Shown: positions 43,774 to 58,560, counted from the stretch's first letter. The stretch is 64,000 nt of DNA from Escherichia coli (GCF_041886205.1 NZ_CP169029.1); one strand, 5' to 3'. Notes: generated by a model not told the origin, from the letters alone. Made by a program: numbers and translations.

Positions 43774-44634
43774 ATGACTTCATCTCTACCCTGTGGGCAA
43801 ACGTCTTTATTGTTACAGATGACCGAGCGCCTGGCGCTTTCCGACGCGCATTTTCGGCGGATAAGTCAATTGATCTATCAACGAGCCGGGATCGTTCTGG
43901 CTGACCATAAACGCGACATGGTTTACAACCGACTGGTTCGTCGTTTGCGTTCGCTGGGACTGACGGATTTCGGTCATTATCTGAACTTGCTGGAATCTAA
44001 TCAGCACAGCGGTGAGTGGCAGGCGTTTATCAATTCGCTGACCACGAATCTGACGGCATTTTTCCGTGAGGCACACCATTTCCCTCTGCTCGCGGATCAC
44101 GCACGTCGCCGTTCTGGCGAGTATCGCGTATGGAGCGCGGCGGCTTCGACCGGCGAAGAGCCGTACAGCATTGCGATGACGCTGGCTGACACATTGGGCA
44201 CCGCGCCCGGACGCTGGAAAGTGTTTGCCAGTGATATCGACACCGAAGTGCTGGAAAAAGCCAGAAGCGGTATTTATCGCCATGAAGAGTTGAAAAACCT
44301 GACGCCGCAGCAACTGCAACGGTATTTCATGCGAGGGACGGGACCGCATGAAGGGCTGGTACGCGTGCGTCAGGAGCTGGCGAACTATGTTGATTTTGCC
44401 CCGCTGAATCTACTGGCGAAACAGTACACCGTGCCGGGGCCGTTTGATGCGATCTTCTGTCGTAACGTCATGATCTACTTCGATCAAAATACCCAGCAGG
44501 AGATTTTGCGCCGCTTTGTTCCGCTCCTTAAACCCGACGGATTGCTGTTTGCGGGTCACTCTGAAAACTTTAGCCACCTTGAGCGCCGCTTCACGCTGCG
44601 TGGTCAGACGGTGTATGCGCTAAGTAAGGATTAA
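43774..44634 (+). CDS. cheR: chemotaxis methyltransferase CheR
   Basis: 286-aa ORF recognised as CheR. Confidence 0.95.
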
Positions 44635-44636
44635 CG

Positions 44637-46090
<1,454 letters not shown>

Positions 46091-46100
46091 GGATGCGACT

Positions 46101-46745
46101 ATGATGCAACCATCAATCAAACCTGCTGACGAGCATTCAGCTGGCGATATCATTGCGCGCATCGGCAGCCTGACGCGTATGCTGCGCGACAGTTTGCGGG
46201 AACTGGGGCTGGATCAGGCCATTGCCGAAGCGGCGGAAGCCATCCCCGATGCGCGCGATCGTTTGTACTATGTTGTGCAGATGACCGCCCAGGCTGCGGA
46301 GCGGGCGCTGAACAGTGTTGAGGCGTCACAACCGCATCAGGATCAAATGGAGAAATCAGCAAAAGCGTTAACCCAACGTTGGGATGACTGGTTTGCCGAT
46401 CCGATTAACCTTGCCGACGCCCGTGAACTGGTAACAGACACGCGGCAATTTCTGGCAGATATACCCGCGCATACCAGCTTTACAAACGCGCAACTGCTGG
46501 AAATCATGATGGCGCAGGATTTTCAGGATCTCACCGGACAGGTTATTAAGCGGATGATGGATGTCATTCAGGAGATCGAACGCCAGTTGCTGATGGTGCT
46601 GTTGGAAAACATCCCGGAACAGGAGTCGCGTCCAAAACGTGAAAACCAGAGTTTGCTTAATGGACCTCAGGTCGATACCAGCAAAGCCGGTGTGGTAGCC
46701 AGTCAGGATCAGGTGGACGATTTGTTGGATAGTCTTGGATTTTGA
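46101..46745 (+). CDS. cheZ: CheY-P phosphatase CheZ
   Basis: ORF 46071-46745; start at 46101 ([12 protein letters not shown]...) giving 214 aa. Confidence 0.93.
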   Translation: MMQPSIKPADEHSAGDIIARIGSLTRMLRDSLRELGLDQAIAEAAEAIPDARDRLYYVVQMTAQAAERALNSVEASQPHQDQMEKSAKALTQRWDDWFADPINLADARELVTDTRQFLADIPAHTSFTNAQLLEIMMAQDFQDLTGQVIKRMMDVIQEIERQLLMVLLENIPEQESRPKRENQSLLNGPQVDTSKAGVVASQDQVDDLLDSLGF

Positions 46746-46753
46746 TTTGTATT

Positions 46754-46816
46754 GCCTGATGTGGCGTGACCACGTCATATCAGGCGGTCTGATAAGGCGA
46801 TGACGCCGCATCCGAC
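46754..46816. repeat. REP/BIME-like palindromic element downstream of cheZ
   Basis: GCCTGATG...CATATCAGGC palindromic unit followed by GATAAGGCG...GCCGCATCCG motif. Confidence 0.6.
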
Positions 46817-46946
46817 AAACGCACACTATGCTTGATGTGTGGCAGCAAAAGCCCTAAATCCCGCCTGTTTTGCCCCTTACTCAAACCATTGAACGCTTTG
46901 CGCTCTGGCATCATTTACGCTTAATACTCTTTCCAGGATTGGCGAC

Positions 46947-48095
46947 GTGTCTGACGAGAGCGACGACAAAACAGAAGCCCCCACACCTCACCGACTAGAA
47001 AAAGCGCGGGAAGAGGGGCAAATCCCGCGTTCCCGTGAACTGACCTCACTGCTGATTTTGCTGGTGGGCGTTAGTGTTATCTGGTTTGGCGGTGTGTCGC
47101 TGGCCCGTCGATTGTCGGGCATGCTCTCCGCTGGGCTGCATTTTGATCACAGTATTATCAATGACCCGAATCTGATCCTCGGGCAGATTATTCTGCTGAT
47201 CAGAGAAGCCATGCTGGCGCTGCTGCCGCTGATTAGCGGCGTGGTGCTGGTGGCGCTCATTTCTCCGGTCATGCTGGGAGGGCTGGTATTTAGCGGCAAA
47301 TCCTTGCAGCCGAAGTTTTCCAAACTCAACCCGCTACCGGGCATTAAACGGATGTTCTCGGCTCAGACTGGCGCGGAGTTGCTTAAAGCAATTTTGAAAA
47401 CCATCCTGGTTGGCAGCGTGACGGGGTTTTTTCTCTGGCATCACTGGCCGCAGATGATGCGCTTAATGGCCGAGTCTCCGATTACCGCCATGGGTAATGC
47501 GATGGATTTGGTAGGGCTATGCGCACTGCTGGTGGTGCTTGGTGTCATTCCAATGGTGGGATTTGACGTCTTTTTCCAAATCTTCAGCCACCTGAAAAAG
47601 CTGCGAATGTCGCGGCAGGATATTCGTGATGAGTTCAAACAAAGCGAAGGCGACCCCCATGTTAAAGGACGGATCCGTCAGATGCAGCGAGCTGCCGCAC
47701 GGCGTCGGATGATGGCCGATGTGCCGAAAGCGGATGTCATTGTCAATAACCCGACCCACTATTCGGTAGCGTTGCAGTATGACGAAAACAAAATGAGCGC
47801 ACCGAAAGTGGTCGCTAAAGGTGCAGGGCTGGTCGCGCTGCGCATTCGTGAAATTGGCGCTGAAAATAACGTCCCGACGCTTGAAGCGCCGCCGCTGGCG
47901 CGAGCGCTGTATCGACATGCGGAGATTGGTCAACAAATCCCGGGTCAACTGTACGCCGCGGTGGCGGAAGTGCTGGCCTGGGTCTGGCAACTGAAACGCT
48001 GGCGTCTGGCTGGTGGACAGCGCCCTGTACAACCTACTCATCTTCCGGTGCCGGAAGCCCTGGATTTTATTAACGAGAAACCGACCCATGAGTAA
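46947..48095 (+). CDS. flhB: flagellar type III export protein FlhB
   Basis: 382-aa ORF with GTG start; NPTH autocleavage motif present. Confidence 0.95.
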   Translation: MSDESDDKTEAPTPHRLEKAREEGQIPRSRELTSLLILLVGVSVIWFGGVSLARRLSGMLSAGLHFDHSIINDPNLILGQIILLIREAMLALLPLISGVVLVALISPVMLGGLVFSGKSLQPKFSKLNPLPGIKRMFSAQTGAELLKAILKTILVGSVTGFFLWHHWPQMMRLMAESPITAMGNAMDLVGLCALLVVLGVIPMVGFDVFFQIFSHLKKLRMSRQDIRDEFKQSEGDPHVKGRIRQMQRAAARRRMMADVPKADVIVNNPTHYSVALQYDENKMSAPKVVAKGAGLVALRIREIGAENNVPTLEAPPLARALYRHAEIGQQIPGQLYAAVAEVLAWVWQLKRWRLAGGQRPVQPTHLPVPEALDFINEKPTHE

Positions 48096-50166
48096 TCTGG
48101 CCGCGATGCTGCGCCTGCCCGCAAACCTGAAATCGACACAATGGCAGATCCTTGCCGGACCGATTTTGATCCTGTTGATCTTGTCGATGATGGTGCTGCC
48201 ACTGCCCGCATTCATACTCGACCTGTTGTTTACCTTCAATATTGCCTTGTCGATCATGGTGTTGCTGGTGGCGATGTTTACCCAGCGCACGCTTGAGTTT
48301 GCTGCATTTCCGACCATTCTGTTGTTTACTACGTTGTTGCGTCTGGCACTTAACGTGGCTTCAACCCGTATCATTTTGATGGAAGGGCATACCGGCGCGG
48401 CGGCGGCTGGGAAGGTGGTCGAAGCGTTCGGTCACTTCCTCGTTGGTGGCAATTTCGCTATCGGTATCGTGGTGTTTGTCATTCTCGTGATCATCAACTT
48501 TATGGTCATTACCAAAGGTGCCGGGCGTATCGCAGAAGTGGGTGCGCGCTTTGTTCTCGATGGTATGCCGGGTAAGCAGATGGCGATTGACGCCGACCTT
48601 AACGCCGGATTGATTGGTGAAGATGAGGCGAAAAAACGCCGCTCCGAAGTGACTCAGGAAGCCGATTTTTACGGCTCAATGGACGGGGCAAGTAAGTTTG
48701 TTCGCGGCGATGCCATCGCCGGGATCCTCATCATGGTCATTAACGTTGTCGGCGGGTTGCTGGTCGGTGTGCTGCAACATGGCATGAGCATGGGACACGC
48801 GGCGGAAAGTTATACGCTATTGACCATTGGCGACGGTCTGGTGGCACAAATTCCGGCGCTGGTGATTTCTACCGCCGCGGGGGTCATCGTTACGCGTGTC
48901 AGCACCGATCAGGATGTTGGCGAGCAGATGGTGAATCAGCTTTTCAGTAACCCCAGCGTCATGTTGTTAAGTGCCGCAGTGCTCGGTTTACTCGGGCTGG
49001 TGCCTGGAATGCCGAACCTGGTATTTTTGCTGTTCACTGCCGGATTGCTGGGACTGGCCTGGTGGATCCGTGGACGCGAACAAAAAGCGCCTGCCGAACC
49101 AAAACCGGTAAAAATGGCAGAGAATAATGCCGTTGTCGAAGCGACGTGGAACGATGTACAACTGGAAGATTCTCTGGGAATGGAAGTGGGTTATCGACTG
49201 ATCCCGATGGTCGATTTCCAGCAGGATGGTGAGTTGTTGGGCCGTATACGCAGTATTCGCAAGAAATTTGCCCAGGAGATGGGGTTTCTGCCGCCGGTGG
49301 TGCACATTCGCGACAATATGGATCTGCAACCTGCCCGCTATCGCATTTTGATGAAAGGCGTGGAGATTGGCAGTGGTGATGCTTATCCGGGGCGCTGGCT
49401 GGCGATTAACCCTGGAACCGCTGCCGGGACGTTACCTGGTGAGGCGACCGTCGATCCGGCATTTGGCCTGAATGCTATCTGGATTGAAAGTGCGCTAAAA
49501 GAACAGGCGCAGATTCAGGGGTACACCGTGGTTGAGGCCAGCACGGTAGTGGCAACGCATCTTAACCACCTCATTAGCCAGCATGCCGCAGAGCTGTTTG
49601 GTCGTCAGGAGGCGCAACAGCTGTTGGATCGCGTCGCCCAGGAGATGCCAAAGCTGACGGAAGATCTCGTTCCTGGCGTCGTCACGCTCACCACACTGCA
49701 TAAAGTGCTGCAAAATCTGCTCGATGAAAAAGTACCGATTCGCGATATGCGCACTATTCTCGAAACGCTGGCGGAACATGCGCCCATCCAAAGCGATCCA
49801 CATGAATTAACCGCCGTCGTGCGCGTGGCGTTGGGACGGGCGATTACCCAGCAGTGGTTTCCTGGCAAAGATGAAGTCCATGTTATTGGCCTCGATACAC
49901 CGCTGGAACGTTTGTTACTACAGGCGCTGCAGGGCGGGGGCGGACTGGAGCCAGGGTTGGCGGATCGTTTACTGGCGCAAACTCAGGAAGCGCTATCCCG
50001 TCAGGAGATGTTGGGTGCGCCGCCAGTATTGTTGGTGAACCACGCGCTACGACCATTATTGTCTCGCTTTCTGCGCCGCAGCTTGCCGCAGTTAGTGGTG
50101 CTGTCGAATCTGGAACTATCAGATAACCGACATATCCGTATGACGGCGACGATTGGCGGCAAATAA
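48088..50166 (+). CDS. flhA: flagellar type III export protein FlhA
   Basis: ORF 48013-50166; start at 48088 (MSNLAAMLRLPANLKSTQWQILAGP...) giving 692 aa; 8-nt overlap with flhB. Confidence 0.95.
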   Translation: MSNLAAMLRLPANLKSTQWQILAGPILILLILSMMVLPLPAFILDLLFTFNIALSIMVLLVAMFTQRTLEFAAFPTILLFTTLLRLALNVASTRIILMEGHTGAAAAGKVVEAFGHFLVGGNFAIGIVVFVILVIINFMVITKGAGRIAEVGARFVLDGMPGKQMAIDADLNAGLIGEDEAKKRRSEVTQEADFYGSMDGASKFVRGDAIAGILIMVINVVGGLLVGVLQHGMSMGHAAESYTLLTIGDGLVAQIPALVISTAAGVIVTRVSTDQDVGEQMVNQLFSNPSVMLLSAAVLGLLGLVPGMPNLVFLLFTAGLLGLAWWIRGREQKAPAEPKPVKMAENNAVVEATWNDVQLEDSLGMEVGYRLIPMVDFQQDGELLGRIRSIRKKFAQEMGFLPPVVHIRDNMDLQPARYRILMKGVEIGSGDAYPGRWLAINPGTAAGTLPGEATVDPAFGLNAIWIESALKEQAQIQGYTVVEASTVVATHLNHLISQHAAELFGRQEAQQLLDRVAQEMPKLTEDLVPGVVTLTTLHKVLQNLLDEKVPIRDMRTILETLAEHAPIQSDPHELTAVVRVALGRAITQQWFPGKDEVHVIGLDTPLERLLLQALQGGGGLEPGLADRLLAQTQEALSRQEMLGAPPVLLVNHALRPLLSRFLRRSLPQLVVLSNLELSDNRHIRMTATIGGK

Positions 50167-50558
50167 TGAGAGCCTTATTAGCAATATTATTGTTTCCGCT
50201 GCTGGTGCAAGCCGCCGGGGAGGGGATGTGGCAGGCGAGTAGTGTGGGCGTTACGCTGAATCACCGTGGTGAGTCGATGTCGTCAGCGCCTCTTTCTACT
50301 CGACAACCTGCTTCAGGATTGATGACGCTGGTGGCGTGGCGTTATCAGCTTATCGGTCCGACACCTGCAGGATTGCGGGTTCGCTTGTGTTCGCAATCTC
50401 GTTGTGTCGAATTAGATGGGCAGAGCGGAACCACCGTGGCCTTTTCCGGTATAGCGGCAGCAGAACCGTTGCGCTTTATCTGGGAAGTGCCTGGCGGTGG
50501 GCGGTTAATTCCGCCGCTGAAAGTACAACGTAATGAAGTGATTGTGAATTATCGCTGA
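50166..50558 (+). CDS. flhE: flagellar protein FlhE
   Basis: 130-aa ORF with signal peptide; ATG overlaps the flhA stop. Confidence 0.9.
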   Translation: MRALLAILLFPLLVQAAGEGMWQASSVGVTLNHRGESMSSAPLSTRQPASGLMTLVAWRYQLIGPTPAGLRVRLCSQSRCVELDGQSGTTVAFSGIAAAEPLRFIWEVPGGGRLIPPLKVQRNEVIVNYR

Positions 50559-50678
50559 AGGACAAAAAAAATTACGCGCTCGCGAGTATGTTTAATAACT
50601 CAGTGAAAAAGGCTGGATGTTTTGTTGCAATCATTTATCAGGAATAGCTTGCAACAAAACATGCCAAAAATATGTGAA

Positions 50679-51188
50679 TTATCCTCTTGTCAAAGGGCTT
50701 GGATAAAAATCTTCAGAGTTACGGTATAGCTGCAACTGGCGAGTTCGCGTATTGGTCTGTATGATCATACATGAGAGCCATTCTGATTCAGAATAAGGGT
50801 CACTTAAATCCTGAACATCCTCATTTGAAAGGATTAATTCACATTCTTTGTCCCTAAAATCCAGCCAGGCTCGCTGTGATTTTTTAAGCAAGTTAAGTTG
50901 TTCAGTATCAGGTTTTTTGGCACCTGTGCGTGGCACTTGTTCTATATAACGATAAGCTTCACCATAAGCTTTATTTAATTGCGCATCGACGAGATTGTAT
51001 TCTTGTCGCAGACATGATTTGATCACGTTAATGTCAGTATCATCATCTGAATTTTTTTGCCAACAATCTTTGATGGCTGAAATGTCATGATCATTTACTA
51101 TAAGCGTATCTTCTGCGTAAACCTGGCAAGAGATAATGCCTAATGTTAATACAAGAAATTTAAACACTGCGGTATTCCTTAAATTCAA
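50679..51188 (-). CDS. yecT: secreted protein of unknown function (probable YecT)
   Basis: 169-aa ORF with N-terminal signal peptide (MNLRNTAVFKFLVLTLGIISCQVYA); visibly lower GC than neighbours; symbol assigned from position between flhE and argS only. Confidence 0.6.
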   Translation of the reverse strand: MNLRNTAVFKFLVLTLGIISCQVYAEDTLIVNDHDISAIKDCWQKNSDDDTDINVIKSCLRQEYNLVDAQLNKAYGEAYRYIEQVPRTGAKKPDTEQLNLLKKSQRAWLDFRDKECELILSNEDVQDLSDPYSESEWLSCMIIQTNTRTRQLQLYRNSEDFYPSPLTRG

Positions 51189-51288
51189 CCGTTATCGTTT
51201 CCCTGGGGCCGGATATTACGCTTCTGGCCTCTTATCCAACAGTGAGAAAACAATGGCATGTCCATTTTCAGAATACATTTAGATTGCA

Positions 51289-51324
51289 ATAAAAAAGCCT
51301 GATCAGGTAACCCTGATCAGGCTT
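51289..51324 (-). terminator. rho-independent terminator downstream of argS
   Basis: AAGCCTGATCAGG-TAAC-CCTGATCAGGCTT hairpin with a T tract on the minus strand. Confidence 0.65.
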
Positions 51325-51343
51325 TACTCTCACGAAAAATCGA

Positions 51344-53077
51344 TTACATACGCTCTACTGTCTCAATACCCAGCGTATCCAGACCGAGCTTCAGCGTCTT
51401 CGCCGTCAGTTGTGCCAGTTTCAGACGGCTGTTACGCACTTCTTCGTTTTCTGCGCTGAGGATCGGGCAGTGCTCGTAGAAGCCAGAGAAAAGACCGGCC
51501 AAATCGTACAGGTAAGCACACATCACATGCGGCGTGCCTTCACGGGCAACCACGGTGAGGGTTTCTTCAAACTGCAGCAGGCGAGCTGCCAGTTGCGCTT
51601 CACGATCTTCACGGATGATTACCGGAGCTGCAGCCAATTGCTCTTCGTTAATTTCTGCTTTACGGAACACGGACAATACACGAGTATAAGCATACTGCAT
51701 GTATGGCGCGGTATTACCTTCAAACGCCAGCATGTTGTCCCAGTCGAAGATGTAGTCGGTAGTGCGGTTTTTGGAGAGATCAGCATATTTCACCGCACCA
51801 ATACCAACCGCGTTAGCCAGTTTTTCCAGCTCGTCAGCTGGCATATCCGGGTTCTTTTCTGCCACCAGACGGCGTGCGCGTTCCAGGGCTTCATCCAGCA
51901 GATCGGCCAGTTTCACTGTACCACCCGCGCGGGTTTTGAACGGTTTGCCGTCTTTGCCCAGCATCATGCCGAACATGTGGTGTTCCAGCGGTACGGATTC
52001 CGGTACATAGCCTGCTTTACGGACGATCGCCCATGCCTGCATCAGGTGTTGATGCTGGCGGGAGTCGATGTAATACAGCACGCGATCGGCATGCAGTGTT
52101 TCATAACGATATTTCGCACAGGCGATATCAGTGGTGGTGTAGAGATAGCCGCCATCTTTCTTCTGAATGATCACGCCCATCGGTTCGCCTTCCTTGTTTT
52201 TGAACTCATCAAGGAATACAACGGTCGCGCCTTCACTTTCTACTGCCAGACCTTTGGCTTTAAGATCTGCCACAATTCCTGGCAGCATCGGGTTGTAGAG
52301 GCTTTCGCCCATCACGTCATCACGGGTCAGCGTCACGTTGAGACGATCGTAGGTGATCTGGTTCTGCGTCATGGTGATGTCGACCAGTTTGCGCCACATC
52401 TCGCGGAAATATTCGTCACCGCTTTGCAGTTTTACCACGTAGTTACGTGCACGCTCGGCAAACTCTTCATCTTCGTCGTAATGCTTTTTCGCATCGCGGT
52501 AGAAACCTTCAAGGTCAGCCAGCTCCATTTCACCGGCGTTTTCCTGCTGCTGCTTTTCCAGCCACGCAATCAGCATACCGAACTGAGTGCCCCAGTCGCC
52601 GACGTGGTTTGCGCGAATCACTTTGTGACCGAGGAACTCCAGAGTACGAACTGCTGCGTCACCAATAATGGTAGAGCGCAGGTGACCGACGTGCATCTCT
52701 TTCGCCACGTTTGGCGCAGAGTAGTCAACCACAATGGTCTGTTTTTCTGGCGTAGCAACACCGAGACGATCGGACGCCAGCGCCTGCTGAACATGTTCAG
52801 CCAGGAATGCCGGATCAAGGAAAATGTTGATAAAGCCTGGACCGGCGATCTCAACTTTGCTGGCGATACCGTTAAGATCCAGATGAGTCAGCACCTGCTC
52901 TGCTAATTGTCGCGGTGCCATACCCAGTTTTTTAGCAACTGCCATCATGCCGTTAGCCTGATAGTCGCCGAACTGAACTTTTGCTGACTGACGAACCTGC
53001 GGTTCGCAATCCGCAGGCGCGCCTGCCGCAATCATGGCCTGACGGACTTTTTCTGAGAGAAGAGCCTGAATATTCAC
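51344..53077 (-). CDS. argS: arginine--tRNA ligase
   Basis: 577-aa [24 protein letters not shown]... with class I HIGH-type motif (HVGH). Confidence 0.96.
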
Positions 53078-53292
53078 CGGAATACCTTACATTGATGAAG
53101 CGAGCAAAAATTGCCCGCACCAGTTAAAGAAATTAGGGCGGGAGTATACTGCAAATGGCTGTTTTCGTCAGCAACGTGCGCGTGGCGTATTGCCGTTTTC
53201 ACTATTGCATCAGAAGCGGCGTGAAATCAGCGGTTGGTTGGCGCAAGGCAACAGGGTAAATTAACGCTTTTATTGAACGACGAAGAGTGATT

Positions 53293-53859
53293 ATGGCGAA
53301 CTGGCAATCTATCAACGAGCTACAGGATATTGCATCGGATTTACCGCGATTTACCCACGCATTAGATGAACTTTCCCGCCGTCTGGGGTTGGATATCACT
53401 CCGCTGACTGCCGATCACATTTCTTTGCGTTGCCATCAAAACGTCACCGCTGAACGCTGGCGTCGCGGGTTTGAACAGTGCGGCGAGCTTTTGTCAGAAA
53501 ATATGATCAATGGCAGACCGATTTGTCTGTTTAAATTGCATGAACCGGTACAGGTTGCGCACTGGCAGTTTTCCATTGTGGAGCTACCGTGGCCCGGGGA
53601 AAAACGTTACCCGTACGAAGGTTGGGAACATATTGAAATCGTTCTGCCGGGTGATCCAGAAACGCTGAATGCCCGTGCGCTGGCATTGCTTTCTGATGAA
53701 GGACTCAGCCTGCCGGGGATCTCAGTTAAAACCAGTTCGCCAAAAGGTGAGCATGAACGATTACCGAATCCGACGCTGGCGGTCACCGATGGCAAAACGA
53801 CCATTAAATTTCATCCGTGGTCCATTGAAGAGATTGTTGCCAGCGAGCAGTCGGCGTAA
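53293..53859 (+). CDS. yecM: YecM family protein
   Basis: ORF 53287-53859; start at 53293 (MANWQSINELQDIASDL...) giving 188 aa. Confidence 0.82.
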   Translation: MANWQSINELQDIASDLPRFTHALDELSRRLGLDITPLTADHISLRCHQNVTAERWRRGFEQCGELLSENMINGRPICLFKLHEPVQVAHWQFSIVELPWPGEKRYPYEGWEHIEIVLPGDPETLNARALALLSDEGLSLPGISVKTSSPKGEHERLPNPTLAVTDGKTTIKFHPWSIEEIVASEQSA

Positions 53860-53863
53860 TTAA

Positions 53864-54619
<756 letters not shown>

Positions 54620-55005
54620 TTTTTACCGTTGCATCATGTCGCCCAATATGATGCTTGCTCGTACCAGGCCCCTGCAATTTCAACAGGGGCCTTTTTTTAT
54701 TTCTGAATAGTATAAAAAACGAACGATTGCCGTGATCTGTTGAGCGGGTGACAGTGCGCATAGCGTTGTGCTAAAAATATTTTATATATTCACATTAATT
54801 ATGGGATTTAAATTGCTAAAACTGATAAATATATATTCTAAATAGCAACTGGGTTATTCCTTAGAAATTAAGGATTACATTGTAATAAATCATATTCTTT
54901 TTCGATTATTTCAGGCAGTGTTGTGCCGAATTATGCAAGCGGTTAATTCGTTGTATATTTAATTATACAATGATTTCGGTGTTCTGGAATTAAATATAGG
55001 AATCT

Positions 55006-56106
55006 ATGCGAGGGAAAAAACGCATTGGGTTATTGTTTTTGCTGATAGCGGTTGTGGTTGGTGGCGGCGGGTTATTGCTGGCGCAAAAAGCCTTACATAA
55101 AACGTCGGATACAGCATTTTGCCTTTCCTGCCACTCGATGAGTAAACCTTTTGAGGAATATCAGGGAACTGTCCACTTTTCGAACCAGAAAGGGATACGT
55201 GCGGAATGTGCCGATTGCCATATTCCAAAGTCAGGGATGGATTATTTATTTGCTAAATTAAAAGCATCTAAAGATATTTATCATGAATTTGTTAGCGGCA
55301 AAATAGACAGTGATGATAAGTTCGAAGCTCATCGCCAGGAAATGGCCGAAACAGTATGGAAAGAATTAAAAGCCACTGACTCTGCAACGTGTCGTAGTTG
55401 CCATTCTTTTGATGCCATGGATATTGCCTCGCAAAGTGAATCTGCGCAGAAAATGCATAACAAAGCGCAAAAGGACGGCGAAACCTGTATCGATTGTCAT
55501 AAAGGCATTGCTCATTTTCCGCCAGAAATAAAAATGGATGACAACGCGGCGCATGAGCTGGAAAGTCAGACCGCTACTTCAGTGACTAATGGCGCACATA
55601 TTTATCCTTTCAAAACTTCTCGCATAGGCGAGCTGGCTACCGTGAATCCTGGTACCGATCTCACCGTCGTTGATGCCAGTGGCAAACAGCCGATCGTTCT
55701 GTTGCAGGGTTATCAAATGCAGGGCAGTGAAAACACGCTCTACCTGGCGGCAGGTCAACGGCTGGCGCTAGCCACATTAAGTGAAGAAGGTATCAAGGCG
55801 CTCACGGTAAACGGGGAATGGCAGGCTGACGAATACGGCAATCAATGGCGTCAGGCGTCTTTACAGGGTGCGCTTACCGATCCCGCATTAGCGGACCGTA
55901 AACCGCTATGGCAATACGCTGAAAAACTTTACGATACCTATTGCGCTGGTTGTCATGCCCCTATTGCCGCCGACCATTACACCGTCAATGCGTGGCCGTC
56001 CATTGCCAAAGGAATGGGGGCACGAACCAGCATGAGCGAAAACGAACTGGACATTTTAACGCGGTATTTCCAGTACAACGCCAAAGATATTACCGAGAAA
56101 CAGTGA
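55006..56106 (+). CDS. torY: NapC/NirT-family pentahaem c-type cytochrome TorY
   Basis: 366-aa ORF with N-terminal TM anchor and multiple CxxCH haem motifs. Confidence 0.9.
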   Translation: MRGKKRIGLLFLLIAVVVGGGGLLLAQKALHKTSDTAFCLSCHSMSKPFEEYQGTVHFSNQKGIRAECADCHIPKSGMDYLFAKLKASKDIYHEFVSGKIDSDDKFEAHRQEMAETVWKELKATDSATCRSCHSFDAMDIASQSESAQKMHNKAQKDGETCIDCHKGIAHFPPEIKMDDNAAHELESQTATSVTNGAHIYPFKTSRIGELATVNPGTDLTVVDASGKQPIVLLQGYQMQGSENTLYLAAGQRLALATLSEEGIKALTVNGEWQADEYGNQWRQASLQGALTDPALADRKPLWQYAEKLYDTYCAGCHAPIAADHYTVNAWPSIAKGMGARTSMSENELDILTRYFQYNAKDITEKQ

Positions 56107-56130
56107 TCCTCGTTGATCAGGGAGGAAGTT

Positions 56131-58560
56131 ATGACATTAACAAGACGTGAATTTATTAAACACAGCGGTATTGCCGCTGGAGCGCTGGTGGTGACATCGG
56201 CAGCACCGCTACCCGCATGGGCAGAAGAGAAGGGCGGTAAAATCCTCACCGCGGGACGCTGGGGAGCGATGAACGTAGAAGTGAAGGACGGCAAGATTGT
56301 TTCTTCGACAGGCGCGCTGGCGAAAACCATACCGAACTCCTTACAGTCTACGGCGGCGGATCAGGTACACACCACGGCGCGTATTCAGCATCCGATGGTG
56401 AGAAAAAGCTATCTCGATAATCCACTGCAACCGGCGAAAGGTCGAGGCGAAGATACCTATGTACAGGTGAGCTGGGAACAAGCATTAAAACTGATTCATG
56501 AGCAACACGATCGTATTCGTAAAGCTAACGGACCATCGGCCATTTTTGCCGGATCTTACGGCTGGCGCTCTTCTGGCGTGTTGCATAAAGCGCAAACCTT
56601 ACTGCAACGTTATATGAACCTCGCGGGCGGTTATTCCGGGCATAGCGGCGATTATTCAACCGGGGCAGCACAGGTGATCATGCCGCATGTGGTCGGTTCT
56701 GTAGAGGTGTATGAACAGCAGACCTCCTGGCCGCTGATTCTGGAAAACAGCCAGGTTGTGGTGCTGTGGGGGATGAACCCGCTGAATACCTTAAAAATTG
56801 CCTGGAGCAGTACCGATGAGCAAGGGCTGGAATACTTCCATCAGCTGAAAAAATCTGGCAAACCAGTGATTGCCATTGATCCTATCCGCTCCGAAACCAT
56901 TGAGTTCTTTGGCGATAATGCCACCTGGATCGCGCCGAATATGGGCACCGACGTGGCACTGATGTTAGGGATTGCGCATACCCTGATGACACAAGGCAAA
57001 CACGATAAAGTGTTCCTTGAAAAATACACCACCGGGTATCCGCAGTTTGAAGAATATCTGACAGGTAAGAGCGATAATACTCCGAAGAGCGCGGCCTGGG
57101 CGGCGGAAATTACTGGCGTACCGGAAGCGCAGATAGTCAAACTCGCTGAACTGATGGCGGCGAATCGCACAATGCTGATGGCAGGCTGGGGAATTCAGCG
57201 CCAGCAATATGGTGAACAGAAACACTGGATGCTGGTGACGCTGGCGGCGATGTTAGGGCAGATTGGTACACCGGGCGGCGGTTTTGGTTTCTCTTATCAT
57301 TACTCCAATGGTGGCAACCCGACACGTGTTGGCGGCGTGCTGCCGGAAATGTCTGCGGCGATTGCCGGACAGGCCAGCGAGGCCGCTGATGATGGCGGAA
57401 TGACGGCGATTCCTGTTGCCCGTATCGTCGATGCGCTGGAAAATCCTGGCGGCAAATATCAGCATAACGGTAAAGAGCAAACGTATCCGAATATCAAAAT
57501 GATCTGGTGGGCGGGTGGCGGTAACTTTACCCATCACCAGGATACTAATCGTCTGATTAAAGCATGGCAGAAACCGGAGATGATCGTCGTTTCTGAATGC
57601 TACTGGACCGCAGCTGCTAAACATGCAGATATCGTATTACCGATCACCACATCGTTTGAGCGCAATGACTTGACGATGACCGGTGATTACAGCAACCAGC
57701 ATATTGTGCCGATGAAGCAGGCTGTCGCTCCGCAATTTGAAGCGCGAAACGATTTTGATGTGTTTGCCGATCTTGCGGAATTACTGAAACCTGGCGGAAA
57801 AGAGATCTATACCGAAGGTAAAGATGAAATGGCGTGGCTGAAATTTTTCTATGATGCCGCTCAGAAAGGTGCCCGTGCGCAACGCGTGACTATGCCGATG
57901 TTTAATGCCTTCTGGCAGCAAAATAAACTGATCGAAATGCGCCGCAGCGAGAAGAACGAACAGTACGTTCGTTATGGTGATTTCCGCGCCGATCCGGTGA
58001 AAAATGCGCTGGGTACGCCAAGCGGCAAAATTGAGATTTACTCCAAAACGCTGGAAAAATTTGGCTATAAGGATTGCCCGGCACACCCAACCTGGCTTGC
58101 GCCTGATGAGTGGAAGGGTACCGCCGACGAGAAGCAGTTGCAGCTTCTGACCGCACATCCGGCACACCGTTTACATAGTCAGCTTAACTATGCGGAACTG
58201 CGTAAAAAATATGCGGTTGCAGATCGTGAACCAATCACTATTCACACCGAAGATGCTGCTCGCTTTGGTATTGCGAATGGTGATCTGGTGCGTGTGTGGA
58301 ACAAACGTGGTCAGATTCTGACAGGCGCGGTGGTGACTGACGGGATCAAAAAAGGCGTGGTATGCGTGCATGAAGGTGCATGGCCAGATCTGGAAAATGG
58401 CTTGTGTAAAAACGGCAGTGCGAACGTGTTAACGGCGGATATCCCCAGCTCGCAGCTGGCAAATGCCTGTGCCGGTAACTCTGCGCTGGTGTATATCGAA
58501 AAATATACGGGCAATGCGCCGAAGTTAACGGCGTTTGATCAGCCAGCTATTCAGGCATAA
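56131..58560 (+). CDS. torZ: molybdopterin TMAO/S-oxide reductase TorZ (BisZ)
   Basis: ORF 56113-58560; start at 56131 ([21 protein letters not shown], Tat twin-arginine signal) giving 809 aa. Confidence 0.92.
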   Translation: MTLTRREFIKHSGIAAGALVVTSAAPLPAWAEEKGGKILTAGRWGAMNVEVKDGKIVSSTGALAKTIPNSLQSTAADQVHTTARIQHPMVRKSYLDNPLQPAKGRGEDTYVQVSWEQALKLIHEQHDRIRKANGPSAIFAGSYGWRSSGVLHKAQTLLQRYMNLAGGYSGHSGDYSTGAAQVIMPHVVGSVEVYEQQTSWPLILENSQVVVLWGMNPLNTLKIAWSSTDEQGLEYFHQLKKSGKPVIAIDPIRSETIEFFGDNATWIAPNMGTDVALMLGIAHTLMTQGKHDKVFLEKYTTGYPQFEEYLTGKSDNTPKSAAWAAEITGVPEAQIVKLAELMAANRTMLMAGWGIQRQQYGEQKHWMLVTLAAMLGQIGTPGGGFGFSYHYSNGGNPTRVGGVLPEMSAAIAGQASEAADDGGMTAIPVARIVDALENPGGKYQHNGKEQTYPNIKMIWWAGGGNFTHHQDTNRLIKAWQKPEMIVVSECYWTAAAKHADIVLPITTSFERNDLTMTGDYSNQHIVPMKQAVAPQFEARNDFDVFADLAELLKPGGKEIYTEGKDEMAWLKFFYDAAQKGARAQRVTMPMFNAFWQQNKLIEMRRSEKNEQYVRYGDFRADPVKNALGTPSGKIEIYSKTLEKFGYKDCPAHPTWLAPDEWKGTADEKQLQLLTAHPAHRLHSQLNYAELRKKYAVADREPITIHTEDAARFGIANGDLVRVWNKRGQILTGAVVTDGIKKGVVCVHEGAWPDLENGLCKNGSANVLTADIPSSQLANACAGNSALVYIEKYTGNAPKLTAFDQPAIQA

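Noticed and set aside
47517-48374. 285-aa minus-strand ORF
   Set aside because: Antisense across the flhB/flhA junction; no independent support.
51410-52906. 498-aa plus-strand ORF
   Set aside because: Lies entirely antisense within argS, whose product is unmistakable; long stop-free antisense frames are common opposite highly expressed genes and this one has no recognisable protein features.
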